Below, piece by piece: positions 20,068 through 29,348 of a stretch of 43,151 nt of DNA (the stretch's first letter is position 1; every line of letters begins with the position of its first letter). The position numbers were made by a program, and so were the translations under genes. Below the pieces are notes generated by a model, which saw only the letters and a program-made list of their open reading frames with translations, did not search any database and was not told the origin of the DNA. The stretch is from a virus (taxonomy: Duplodnaviria; Heunggongvirae; Uroviricota; Caudoviricetes), in IMG/VR virus record IMGVR_UViG_2917403263_000003; one strand, given 5' to 3'.

Positions 20068-22176
20068 CCTCCGTTTCGGGGTAGTGATAACCAGTTTCCG
20101 GATAACGCTTCCGGCGACGCTGCTTTTTGCCGCTCATCTCTGCCGGCAACGTTTTTCTTGTCCACTGTGCCGGAAGAACGTCTGTCTGCCGAAGCCCCCG
20201 CGTCAGCATCCTGCCCTCTTGCCCACTGGGGAGGGTTGCTCCAGTCACGGATTTTTTCATAGCCACGCAGAATGGCGACGGCATGTGCATAGCAAAAAAG
20301 GTCAAACGCTTCGTTATTCCCCTTTTCCCGGCTTGCGCCATTTCCCGTCAGCACCGCGTTCCTCATAGGTCAACTCTTCATAAAACCACTCCCCGAGCCA
20401 GTCAGGAAAATGAATGTAGCCCGGTCCGGGCATTTCACGTTGCAGGTTATTGCTTAGTTGATCTTTCAGCAGGTCTGTCTGCAGGAGATATACCGGCACC
20501 TTTCCCTGAGCATCCGCACGGCGATCGCTTCGCCCGGTATTATCCGGGTGTGTGATGGTGATAATTTTCTGGCGTTTCGTGCTGTCTCCCTTTACCAAAA
20601 AAACCCGTCTCCCCACTCCATCCTGACGACATTTTCGCCAGAATTTATAGGCGTTATCCGTCACCCCGTCTTCACCACCACTGTCCACCGCCATTGCCAG
20701 TACAGGCATTCTGCGGGCCGGATCGGACTGGAGCGGATACGTTTTCTCTAGTATATCGGTGACCAGCAACTGCCAGTCTTCAGGATAAGCCCCGGGATGC
20801 ACAGGTAATGCTTCGCCATTTTCATCGCAGCGCAATGACTGTCGGATGTTATAACGGTCCACCAGCCAGCGTTCACCGTCCTCGCCATAACCAATAATCT
20901 GCACCACAAACCGTCGGTTCTTCCCGCCCTGCACGTCCACCGCCGCAATAAGAAAACGCACTTTCGGCGGTACCAGGCGCTTACCGTAATCCTCAGCCCG
21001 CTGCATCAGAACATCTGCACTGCGCAACTCCATTGCGGAACGAGGCAAATAAGGTAATCCCCAGTCGGTGTTAATCACCGCCTTCAGCGTTTCCTCACTG
21101 CCTGTGGCTTCATATTCCTGCTCAGCAGTCAGTAGTTTGTAAACCAGTTGCGCCCAGGTCTGATACGCAGCAGCCGGCCCTTCCATCCAGAAGCTGGCTA
21201 TCCTTGAATGACGTGGCGTTCCGGTAACATTCCCTTCTCTGTCAATCTGCTCACCTTCACGCAACCAGACGCCGCGACCATTCAGTTCACGTTTCATATC
21301 TGCAGTGATTTGACTGCCACAATGCGGACACAATATATGAGCCGCTTCACTGGCTTTTACAGGATCAGGATTGTCACGATATCCCGTCATAGCCTCCATT
21401 GATGGCTGAAAATAATCACCACAATCCGGACAGGGCCAGTACCAGCGACGACGATCGCCACGGTTATACAGAGAAAGGATCCCCGTGGTGGGCGGGGCCT
21501 CATGCGGTGACGTTCTGCGCCATTTGCTGTTTGTGATCTCACGTCCAGGGGAACTCTCCACCAGCGTCATACCAGCTGACATAAATGTGGTGGTACGTTT
21601 TGAAGCCAGGGAGAAACCATCACCTTCGCCATCGATATCTTCAGGAAATCGGTCGTAATCAGTCAGCGCAACACATTTAAAATCAGAGGATGACATGACA
21701 TTGATGGAAGGCCAGCCGATTTTCAGAAAGCTGCCTGACAGAAAATATTTGTCATGAACGTTGTTATCGTTACGGCGTGGGCTGAGGCGTTTTCTGACCT
21801 CCGGGCTGCAACGAAATGTTCTTGCCAGGCGCTTTTTGGAGTGCTCCTGCGCCTTATCCTGCGTCATCTGCACCAGCAAAAAGTCCGACGGATCGCAGAC
21901 AATGTTATAAACCACCCAGCCATCAATCAGGCCGTTAGTCTTACCCGTACGGGCAGGGCCAACAAAAACAACCGCATCAAACTCACGGGACGACAGGCAG
22001 TTCATGGGGTCAATCACATACGGCGCAACCATCGGATCCCACGGAACAGAGTTGCCACCAGATGTAGGGACTCGCATAAATTTTTGTACCGCTTCGGCAA
22101 CAGGCATTCTGCGCGGCGCTTTAATTAACTGGCCCGTATCCAGTTTCAACGATCTGGCGGTCGCCTGCACAGGCAT
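20058..22176 (-). CDS. terminase large subunit (lambda gpA family), C-terminus displaced by a single-base frameshift
   Basis: 620-aa ORF 20314..22176 with Zn-ribbon-like WYWPCPDCGDYF; continuation ...GNNEAFDLFCYAHAVAIL... lies in another frame (20058..20366) and ends 10 nt into gpW; shift at C4-T4-C3 run 20317-20329. Confidence 0.85.
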
Positions 22177-22673
22177 TATTCGTCCTCCTGATTTTCCTCC
22201 TCTGTATCTTCCTGTTTGCTGTCATCTGCCACCCGCCGCGCAATTTCGTCACGCAGATCATCAATAATGCTTTGCACCCGCATGACAGCCGAAGGCTCAA
22301 GAGCGCAATCGCGTTCAAGAATATCGGGGAGGGTTTCCAGAACCTGCACCATAGCCTTTGCCATTTCAGCAAATTCACGGGCGACATCAGACGCAGGGAT
22401 CAGTTCTCCGACCTCCTGTTCGAATTTCAGACGTTCCCGTTCTGACTGATACCAGGCTTTTCGGTCATGGGGATCCATTTCCCCTTCAGCGACAGGCGGT
22501 GGCAACTTCAATAACTCAGCCAGAATATCAGTGAGTTTGTACAACTTAAGTTTGTCGTGCCCACCCGTGGTTTTAATTTTTTTTAACCTTTCAGACACCG
22601 TTTGTCGGTGTAACCCAGACAGAGCAGCTACCTGACTGATGTTGAGTGCAAGATTCTTCAGTTCACGATCCAT
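22176..22673 (-). CDS. terminase small subunit (Nu1-like)
   Basis: 165 aa, N-terminal HTH-like segment, acidic C-terminus; stop overlaps terminase large start (TAATG). Confidence 0.65.
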   Translation of the reverse strand: MDRELKNLALNISQVAALSGLHRQTVSERLKKIKTTGGHDKLKLYKLTDILAELLKLPPPVAEGEMDPHDRKAWYQSERERLKFEQEVGELIPASDVAREFAEMAKAMVQVLETLPDILERDCALEPSAVMRVQSIIDDLRDEIARRVADDSKQEDTEEENQEDE

Positions 22674-22960
22674 AATTCACCAGACACATAAAAAACCAAG
22701 GTCACGACGAGTTTTATGTTGTCGAATAAAAAAACACCAATTTCGACATAGAAGAACTAAATTAACAATAAATATCATGTAGTTAACAAGATGATGATGA
22801 CGAATGAAAATGCAAAAATTTGGCGATTTCTGCGCGTCCGCATCCCCCCGGTGTTTCAGATTCTGGAAAGGACCCGTAAAAATGGGAGTAATTATCATTT
22901 ACACACATTCCAACACCTGCATTATCGCAGCCCCTCACTGAAGGGCTGCTGTAATACCTG

Positions 22961-23260
22961 TTACTCAGTAACAACTGCTCCTTCCGGTAATTTCATGCAG
23001 GCAAATACCGGACAACCAGGATGACGATCATCTTCTGTTGCTTCCAGCATTGACTCACCAAACCACTCCGTCGTGGCTCGACCATCAGCTGCTTTGTAGT
23101 GGATCAAGTACTGGTTTTCGCCATCCGCATACTGCGCGCGGGCTTTAACCTCACCCCATTCATCACTGATGCGCATCTCCACCAGTTGAGACAACTCAAA
23201 CTTAAACGGAGCAACATCAGCACCAATTACAATCGGTTTGTTTTCTGTTTTTTCCATCAT
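22961..23260 (-). CDS. hypothetical acidic protein (moron position between lysis genes and cos/Nu1)
   Basis: 99 aa from ATG 23258-23260 with AGGA RBS; no recognisable motif. Confidence 0.3.
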   Translation of the reverse strand: MMEKTENKPIVIGADVAPFKFELSQLVEMRISDEWGEVKARAQYADGENQYLIHYKAADGRATTEWFGESMLEATEDDRHPGCPVFACMKLPEGAVVTE

Positions 23261-23431
23261 CGTATCCTGATATCGAAGCCCGTCGCCGCACCGGGCACTG
23301 ATCAACATTTGAGTATTCGCGGCGACAGAAAGAATTTATTTTATTGAGTAGCCACAACCACAGAATTTCATGCTTTCCGGACGTAGACGCGCCCTTCATT
23401 TTTCAGCAAAATATTCTGCTCTTACAGGCGA

Positions 23432-23614
23432 TCAGTTCTGCAGACACAGCCGAACAACGTCGACAATTTCACAGACCTGAGAAGCTGTATCGAAAAGCTG
23501 GCGCGCCTTATCCAGGCTGGCGCATCCCACCAATAAAAAAGGCACCAGTATCACTACCAGTGCCCATTTCGCCGCCGTTCGCGGCATTCTGTGTGTCCAG
23601 TGTCTTCGACTCAT
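23432..23614 (-). CDS. putative small lipoprotein (possible outer-membrane lysis/spanin-like or Bor-like)
   Basis: Signal-peptide-like AAKWALVVILVPFLLVGC with lipobox-like LVGC; located downstream of endolysin. Confidence 0.25.
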   Translation of the reverse strand: MSRRHWTHRMPRTAAKWALVVILVPFLLVGCASLDKARQLFDTASQVCEIVDVVRLCLQN

Positions 23615-23855
23615 GTCACCACCAACGCACAGCCCAAATCAGAACAGCGATCGCCACAAGGCGAATTGCAAAGGCTGCAGCCCTTGTCAGATCAAGGCTC
23701 GCGGGAGTTTCAACTTCTATGCCTCTCATAATGGACAACCTCAAAAAGAATCTTTTATACTTTCCCACGAGGATTTTCTCCGCACTCACTGTTCACAATT
23801 TCCTCACCTCATGCTGTTTTGCAACTTGTTGTTCCTTTTCATGGCGTGAAAACTA

Positions 23856-23888
23856 AAAACCCCGGACTGTTCCAGCAGCCGGGGTTTT
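23856..23888. terminator. bidirectional intrinsic terminator after endolysin
   Basis: 10-bp stem aaaaccccgg / ccggggtttt with 13-nt loop, T-rich on both sides. Confidence 0.5.
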
Positions 23889-23895
23889 GTTTTGC

Positions 23896-24273
23896 TTATC
23901 GTTTCAACTGAAAGTGAGGTCCGTCTTTCAGTGTTTTCCAGTCCCCGCCCCATTCGATGGCAGTTCCCAGCTCTGCGGCAGCCTGCTTAAATGCCTGCGC
24001 GATTTTCTCGTACAGAGGCCAGTCCCATGACACCTGGCTGCCAACGTAGGCCACAACATCCACCGCATCACCCGTCAGGTGGCGGCTGTTCATGGTCTGA
24101 CTTTTTCCTTCCGCGACCAGCTGTTTCTGGCGATACTTACTGCGCAGGCCTTCCGTAATACCAAAATCAACCTCCGTCAGCTCCAGCGCACGGCGAACGA
24201 CAGCAACCAGCTGTGGTTTGATGCCCTCCAGATTTTTTTCACTGCGACGGCTGAATCTGAATTTACCCGACAT
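23896..24273 (-). CDS. endolysin, M15-family L-alanyl-D-glutamate peptidase
   Basis: 125 aa; HLTGDAVDV and WGGDW motifs typical of Peptidase_M15 endolysins; ATG 24271-24273 just after upstream stop. Confidence 0.75.
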   Translation of the reverse strand: MSGKFRFSRRSEKNLEGIKPQLVAVVRRALELTEVDFGITEGLRSKYRQKQLVAEGKSQTMNSRHLTGDAVDVVAYVGSQVSWDWPLYEKIAQAFKQAAAELGTAIEWGGDWKTLKDGPHFQLKR

Positions 24274-24275
24274 AC

Positions 24276-24551
24276 TCACCTCAACAATGGAAAGATTCTT
24301 GTGACGTTCCCGCGTGCACGTATTACCAGTACGCAGAACAACAGATTAAAAAATACGTCCAGCCAGCCCGTTGCTAACGGGCGACCACACAGATAGCTGA
24401 GTGGCGCAATGGCATAAAGCAGCATCAGCAGCCAGGCCAGCCATGACATCAGCGGTTTATGCGTGGAATCTTTACGTCGATAAAAAAAGAGCGTCAGCAC
24501 GATAACCATGCATAACGCCACGTTCAGCAATCCGGGAAGGTTACTTAACAT
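24276..24551 (-). CDS. putative holin/antiholin-like membrane protein
   Basis: 91 aa from ATG 24549-24551 with GGAGG RBS; two or three hydrophobic helices; directly upstream of endolysin. Confidence 0.4.
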   Translation of the reverse strand: MLSNLPGLLNVALCMVIVLTLFFYRRKDSTHKPLMSWLAWLLMLLYAIAPLSYLCGRPLATGWLDVFFNLLFCVLVIRARGNVTRIFPLLR

Positions 24552-24934
24552 TTGCCGCCTCCTCCGCCCCGCAGGCGGGAGAACAGACCGGACACCAGTG
24601 ATGCAATATCCTGCTGGTGGATGAACGACAGAATCTTCACCGACACCACTGACACCAGCACTGCACAAAGTGCATCCGCAGATGTACCGTCATAACCTGT
24701 TTTTGATGCAATCCAAGCTGACAGCACACGTGCCCCCAGCACGCCGACAATGAACGACACCAGAAAATGCGCAGCCACACGCCAGGCTGAAAGTGACTGC
24801 GGCATCGTTGCCACAAACAACGCTCCCGCAAATGCACCAAACACAATCCCGAAATCCGTTCCGGTAAACAGCCCGAATACCGTCGCCCCACCGAGCGCCG
24901 CAGCCGTACCGGAACCGGACAAGGGTTCAGACAT
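24545..24934 (-). CDS. putative holin
   Basis: 129 aa from ATG 24932-24934 with AGGAG RBS; Gly/Ala-rich transmembrane segments, Gly-rich basic C-terminus. Confidence 0.5.
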   Translation of the reverse strand: MSEPLSGSGTAAALGGATVFGLFTGTDFGIVFGAFAGALFVATMPQSLSAWRVAAHFLVSFIVGVLGARVLSAWIASKTGYDGTSADALCAVLVSVVSVKILSFIHQQDIASLVSGLFSRLRGGGGGKC

Positions 24935-25026
24935 ACTTTTTCTCCTGTAAATAAAAAAGGGCCACCAGCGGCCCGTAAAAAAACAGCACCCAATCAAAGG
25001 CGCCCGCAGACGCCTTTTGTGTGGTG

Positions 25027-25179
25027 TTATTCAGATTTACGCAGTAAAGGCCGGAGCACGACCAGCGCCATTGCCACCAGCACACCATCTGCCAGTACCG
25101 ACATCAGCCGTCCGGTGAAATCCACCACCACTACCAGAAACAGCAGGATGGCAGCCAGCACAAGGCGCGCACTTTTCAC
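25027..25179 (-). CDS. small hydrophobic peptide (about 50 aa), not in ORF track
   Basis: GTG at 25177-25179 overlapping TerB-like stop (GTGA); translation VKSARLVLAAILLFLVVVVDFTGRLMSVLADGVLVAMALVVLRPLLRKSE. Confidence 0.2.
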   Translation of the reverse strand: MKSARLVLAAILLFLVVVVDFTGRLMSVLADGVLVAMALVVLRPLLRKSE

Positions 25180-25601
25180 AGATACTGCTCCAGTGGTAGC
25201 TGCAGCGCCTGCGCAATTTTCTTGAGCTGTGTCTCCTCCTCCGGACCAATGCCATCCTGGTCAGCAATATCCAGACACAGGCACAGCACATTAACTGCGT
25301 CATCAGTACCGGCAACATCAGCCAGCTGACGAAGGGCTTCGGCATTGGCAGAACGCGGTGACGCTTCATAACGGGCGCGGATATTGGCACTCATCTGGGC
25401 AATCTCACCGGAGAACGGCGCAAAGGCAGGAAGTGCTGCAATGGTTTTCTCCAGTACCGCGATTTCTTTCGCATCACAAGTACCGTCGGCGAATGCAATG
25501 GAATACGCACCCCAGACAGTCGCCTCCACTGCATCGCGGTTCTCCATTTTCTTTACTTCAGTAATGGCTTTGCGGGTTTTCTTTTTGAAAATACCAAACA
25601 T
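25176..25601 (-). CDS. TerB-like domain protein
   Basis: 141 aa; IAFADGTCDAKEIAVLEKTI and CLCLDIADQDGIGPEEETQLKKIAQAL resemble the two halves of TerB; ATG 25599-25601 with AGGA RBS. Confidence 0.5.
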   Translation of the reverse strand: MFGIFKKKTRKAITEVKKMENRDAVEATVWGAYSIAFADGTCDAKEIAVLEKTIAALPAFAPFSGEIAQMSANIRARYEASPRSANAEALRQLADVAGTDDAVNVLCLCLDIADQDGIGPEEETQLKKIAQALQLPLEQYL

Positions 25602-25781
25602 CGTGACGTTTCCTTTTAGTGGGTGAGCCTGCGCCCGGGGGTGACCAGCCCACAGAGAAAGTCACACTGACCATCCCGTAAGTTCACCCCTGAAAGGCTC
25701 TGTGGTTTTGATGTGCGCCGGGCGTGGCGCGGAAATAAAAAAGGCCCGCCGTAGCAAGCCATGAAGAAACTGAATTCAGAA

Positions 25782-25808
25782 TAAAAAAAACCGCCCGGTG
25801 GAGGCGGT
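25782..25808 (-). terminator. intrinsic terminator downstream of tRNA pair
   Basis: accgcc-cggtgga-ggcggt hairpin followed by T8 on minus strand. Confidence 0.5.
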
Positions 25809-26169
25809 TGGTCAATGCATGAGATAAATCATTTTATTGTAATAAGAATCGAGGTGTCGGGTGCCTCCCGAAATATCCATCCCTACAACAGATATTGTGA
25901 TTCCCCGCTAAACCACTATATAAACCACCCTCGCACTGAGGAACACCTCTTTAGTGTTATTTACAACACCGGGATAGTGCATCATCGGCCCTGCCAGGAA
26001 ATACAAAACCTCCACCGATAATGCACCATTCCGTTGTTGTAAAAAAACAGCACTGTGACTACAACCGACCTCAAATCATAGCCAGAAAACAGAATGTCTT
26101 TTAAAAACAACCAGCCCCCACGTAACAAAAAAATACGCCAGTGCCACGATACAATAAGGCTTGTTTCTC

Positions 26170-26249
26170 TGGAGCGGGTCGCGGGAATCGAACCCGCATC
26201 ATCAGCCTGGAAGGTTGAGCTGAGGTAATAGCCATTATACGATACCCGC
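26170..26249 (-). tRNA. tRNA-Gly(UCC)-like gene with 5-nt insertion in anticodon arm (possible pseudo-tRNA)
   Basis: Acceptor, D and T arms and CCA match a tRNA-Gly(UCC) scaffold, but the anticodon region reads TCAGC-TCAACCTTCCAG-GCTGA (12-nt loop); acceptor position 7-66 mismatched. Confidence 0.5.
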
Positions 26250-26252
26250 ATA

Positions 26253-26328
<76 letters not shown>

Positions 26329-26496
26329 ATTGGTTCCTCGGGGGAGCGATACCACCTTGAAGAGGAGTTCCCCTCAGAACCGCGGCGTATAATAACGAAT
26401 AAAAAAAACACCTCAACTGAAATAATCCGAAAATAATCTCCGGATTAGTAATTATATCTTTTATTTTTGCTCTGTTGAAATTTCAGAAATAAAAAA

Positions 26497-27543
26497 TTAA
26501 ACACTCAAATCAATTTCATTAACAGTCTGTTTAAATCTGTTTTCCTCAAGCTCCACCCCAACCGCTTTCCTCCCCAACGACAATGCCGCTTTTATTGTTG
26601 AGCCTGAACCCATGAAAAAATCCGCAACCAAATCACCGGGACGACTGCTGGCAGTAATTATCTGACGCAACATATCCGCCGGTTTTTCACAGGGATGTTT
26701 GCCGGGGTAATACTGCACTGGCTTGTGCGTCCAGACATCCGTATAAGGAACGGCAGCCGATACGGAAAAATAACGCCGCAGGGATTTGTACTCATCCAGC
26801 AGACTGACATATTGCCGGTTCAGTTCACTGTATGTGCTGACCAACTGGTGGTGTGGCTTTTCCAGTTCACCGCGTTGATGTTTTTCTGCTGCAACACGCG
26901 CAAACAACGCCTGCAGTTTTCTGTAATCATCCTCGTTCGGTAACTGCCACTGACTGGCACCAAACCAGTGCGAAGCCATATTTTTCTTTCCGGTAGCTTC
27001 CGCTATCTGTTTCGACGTTATCCCCAGTGATTCACGTGCATCACGAAAGTAAGAAATCAGCGGGGCCATGACGTGCTGTTTAAGCTCGCGACCCTTTGTC
27101 GCGTAGCCGTCATTTTTGGGTTGATATGGCCCCTGATAATGTTCAGCAAACAGAATGCGCTCTGTTGCCGGGAAATACGCCCGCAGGCTTTCCTTATTGC
27201 ACCCGTTCCAGCGTCCGGACGGTTTCGCCCAGATAATGTGGTTCAACACATTAAAACGTTCACGCATCATGATTTCGATATCAGATGCTAGGCGATGCCC
27301 ACAGAACAGATAAAGACTTCCGGCAGGTTTCAGTACCCGCCAGAACTGCGCCAGACACTGGTCCAGCCATTTCAGGTAATCATCGTCGCCCTTCCACTGG
27401 TTATCCCAGCCTTCGGGCTTCACTTTAAAGTATGGCGGGTCTGTGACTATCAGATCGACAGAGTTTTCCGGTAAAGTCTGGATAAATTCCAGGCAATTAG
27501 CGTTGATTAATTCACAACTGGATATTTTTACAGTATCAACCAT
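26497..27543 (-). CDS. DNA methyltransferase (N6-adenine/N4-cytosine, beta-class motif order), orphan
   Basis: 348 aa; DPPY motif near N-terminus and FxGxG (FFMGSGS) near C-terminus; no adjacent restriction endonuclease. Confidence 0.8.
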   Translation of the reverse strand: MVDTVKISSCELINANCLEFIQTLPENSVDLIVTDPPYFKVKPEGWDNQWKGDDDYLKWLDQCLAQFWRVLKPAGSLYLFCGHRLASDIEIMMRERFNVLNHIIWAKPSGRWNGCNKESLRAYFPATERILFAEHYQGPYQPKNDGYATKGRELKQHVMAPLISYFRDARESLGITSKQIAEATGKKNMASHWFGASQWQLPNEDDYRKLQALFARVAAEKHQRGELEKPHHQLVSTYSELNRQYVSLLDEYKSLRRYFSVSAAVPYTDVWTHKPVQYYPGKHPCEKPADMLRQIITASSRPGDLVADFFMGSGSTIKAALSLGRKAVGVELEENRFKQTVNEIDLSV

Positions 27544-27693
27544 AGATCAATAAGCACTTCTCTGATAGGCTCATACCGCTTTTGCGCAAAGCAGATGGGC
27601 CTGAGGTTTGCTTGTGACCCCAACGCATGAGCAGATGGCTGGCAGGTTCCGCTAACACCCACCAGCCGCCCATTACCACAAATTAAAAAACCT

Positions 27694-27978
27694 TCACTGC
27701 GGAAGGCGTCTGTAACAACCGAACTGATAATCTGCCAGACCCGCCATAACAAGCTGGGTCAGTATTAACTGGCAGCGTTCGCGTGAAAGGTAAGTATTCT
27801 GCGCAATTTCCCCGACGGTCGCCGGTTCGGTGACGCTTAATTCATTAAACACCACTCTGGCGGTTTCGGTCATATCCTGCTGTTTTAGCATGTCTTTTTC
27901 CATTTTCTGGTTAACGTGACATACCAATAACTCTTGTCTAAAAAGACAGCAAGCTGAAAGACAGGTATTCGCAACCAC
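27694..27978 (-). CDS. small putative winged-helix DNA-binding protein
   Basis: Listed ORF starts with GTG; ATGs at 27903, 27891, 27873 give 59-69 aa; flanked by terminators on both sides. Confidence 0.3.
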   Translation of the reverse strand: MVANTCLSACCLFRQELLVCHVNQKMEKDMLKQQDMTETARVVFNELSVTEPATVGEIAQNTYLSRERCQLILTQLVMAGLADYQFGCYRRLPQ

Positions 27979-28013
27979 CAGCGCGTTTAACGTCCTGTGC
28001 CTTTTTCAGGTAT

Positions 28014-28039
28014 AAAAAAACCCGCTTGGCGGCGGGTTT
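28014..28039 (-). terminator. intrinsic terminator downstream of Q (tR'-like)
   Basis: 8-bp stem aaacccgc / gcgggttt with 6-nt loop followed by T7 on minus strand, about 560 bp downstream of Q. Confidence 0.6.
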
Positions 28040-28594
28040 AAGCTGCGTGGCGAAGCAACCACTCTTAACAGGGTATCTAAATTTTTACGATCGTAAATAC
28101 TTTTGAGTTGGTTAATATTGTCCGTCCGCACATATTGGCAAATTCGTATACCCCGGCTGATGCGCCATATGCAGAGGTGCACAAGTCGGCCCACTTTTTT
28201 TCTCTTGATGCGTGTTTTTCGCTCGCACATCAGGTTGATTGTTTTTTATGCGCGATATTTTGTTGTTCACCTTATTTGTTCTTTTCTTTTGAATGGTAGA
28301 TTCTTGCTCCTCACTCTGCTTTATATTCGCTCCATCGACTGCCCCAAAATAATCGACCCCTCTAGCTGAATGAGACTCATCCTTACTTGCATTATTATAT
28401 CTATGATAATGATGTGTATGTGAACGATGGTACGATCTTTTATATCTCCGCTTTGCATCAGAAAAAGAAGAAAAAAAACAAACAAATCACCAATGTTAAA
28501 AAAAATTGACGTTCTAAACATATCCACCTTGCTTAATGTATTACGAGAACTTTTTTATTCTCTCCATTCATTCCGAATAAAAAAATGATACAAG

Positions 28595-28975
28595 TCAAAC
28601 CGACACAGCCAAATCCATCTCAAGAGAAACATCCAGCATCATTAACATACCATCAATAACGCCTTCTGCTTTTTGCAATCGTTTACCAATACAAGTATCA
28701 GAACACCCATGTTTCTCTGCCAGTCTCATGAATGTCATTCCAGCAACGTAATAGTCGACCAACAGATCATGTAATCTATTATTATTTTTCTTAAGGCGGG
28801 CCATACATCCACAAATAATCATTGCATCGTCATCACTACATTGTGGTCGTGATTTGACTTTTGAAGGAATAAGCCCTTTGAATCCTGCCGCAATAGTAGG
28901 CCAGGCCACATCTTCATAATTATTTGCAACCCACGCCCCCCAACGCTCAAGGACCATCTGAATATCACGCATCAT
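28595..28975 (-). CDS. late-gene antiterminator Q (phage 82/21-type)
   Basis: [15 protein letters not shown]...[13 protein letters not shown]...LLVDYYV closely resembles Q of phage 82 as recalled; ATG 28973-28975. Confidence 0.8.
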   Translation of the reverse strand: MMRDIQMVLERWGAWVANNYEDVAWPTIAAGFKGLIPSKVKSRPQCSDDDAMIICGCMARLKKNNNRLHDLLVDYYVAGMTFMRLAEKHGCSDTCIGKRLQKAEGVIDGMLMMLDVSLEMDLAVSV

Positions 28976-29336
28976 CGTTATCACCTGTAATTTCGAAAAT
29001 CTTCACACCCAGTCGCCCACCAAGAACAGGCAGCCCACGCACAATAGTAATTTCATCAAACTGCTCGTCATCGATAAGCAGTCCCGCATGCGTCAGTGCA
29101 TCCAGTGGTGCTTTCAGGATGTTGTCCAGGTCGCGGCGGCGCTTATCCGGTGGCTCTGCAACAATCTTTATTGCCAGCCTTCCGGACAGGTTTAATTTCA
29201 GCCGCTGCTGACGAACAATAAGCGCCACATCACGGCGATAACGCTCACCGGCTTTTGATACAAAATATGTGCTGCCACGACGTCGCCAGTAGGTGTTCAC
29301 CGTCGGCGGGTAAGGCAAAACAAACTCTATACGCAT
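28965..29336 (-). CDS. rusA: Holliday junction resolvase RusA
   Basis: 123 aa; [15 protein letters not shown] start and catalytic-region [18 protein letters not shown] typical of RusA. Confidence 0.85.
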   Translation of the reverse strand: MRIEFVLPYPPTVNTYWRRRGSTYFVSKAGERYRRDVALIVRQQRLKLNLSGRLAIKIVAEPPDKRRRDLDNILKAPLDALTHAGLLIDDEQFDEITIVRGLPVLGGRLGVKIFEITGDNDDA

Positions 29337-29348
29337 CAGTAACCTCTT

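Noticed and set aside
22674-22960. cos site assignment in the AT-rich region upstream of the small terminase gene
   Set aside because: Position is right for cos, but I could not recognise a cosN/cosB sequence by eye, so no feature was called.
25815-26251. Listed ORFs of 68 and 89 aa around the tRNA region
   Set aside because: No RBS, low-complexity translations, and the 89-aa frame runs through the tRNA-Gly-like gene; region more likely holds tRNA promoter and leader.
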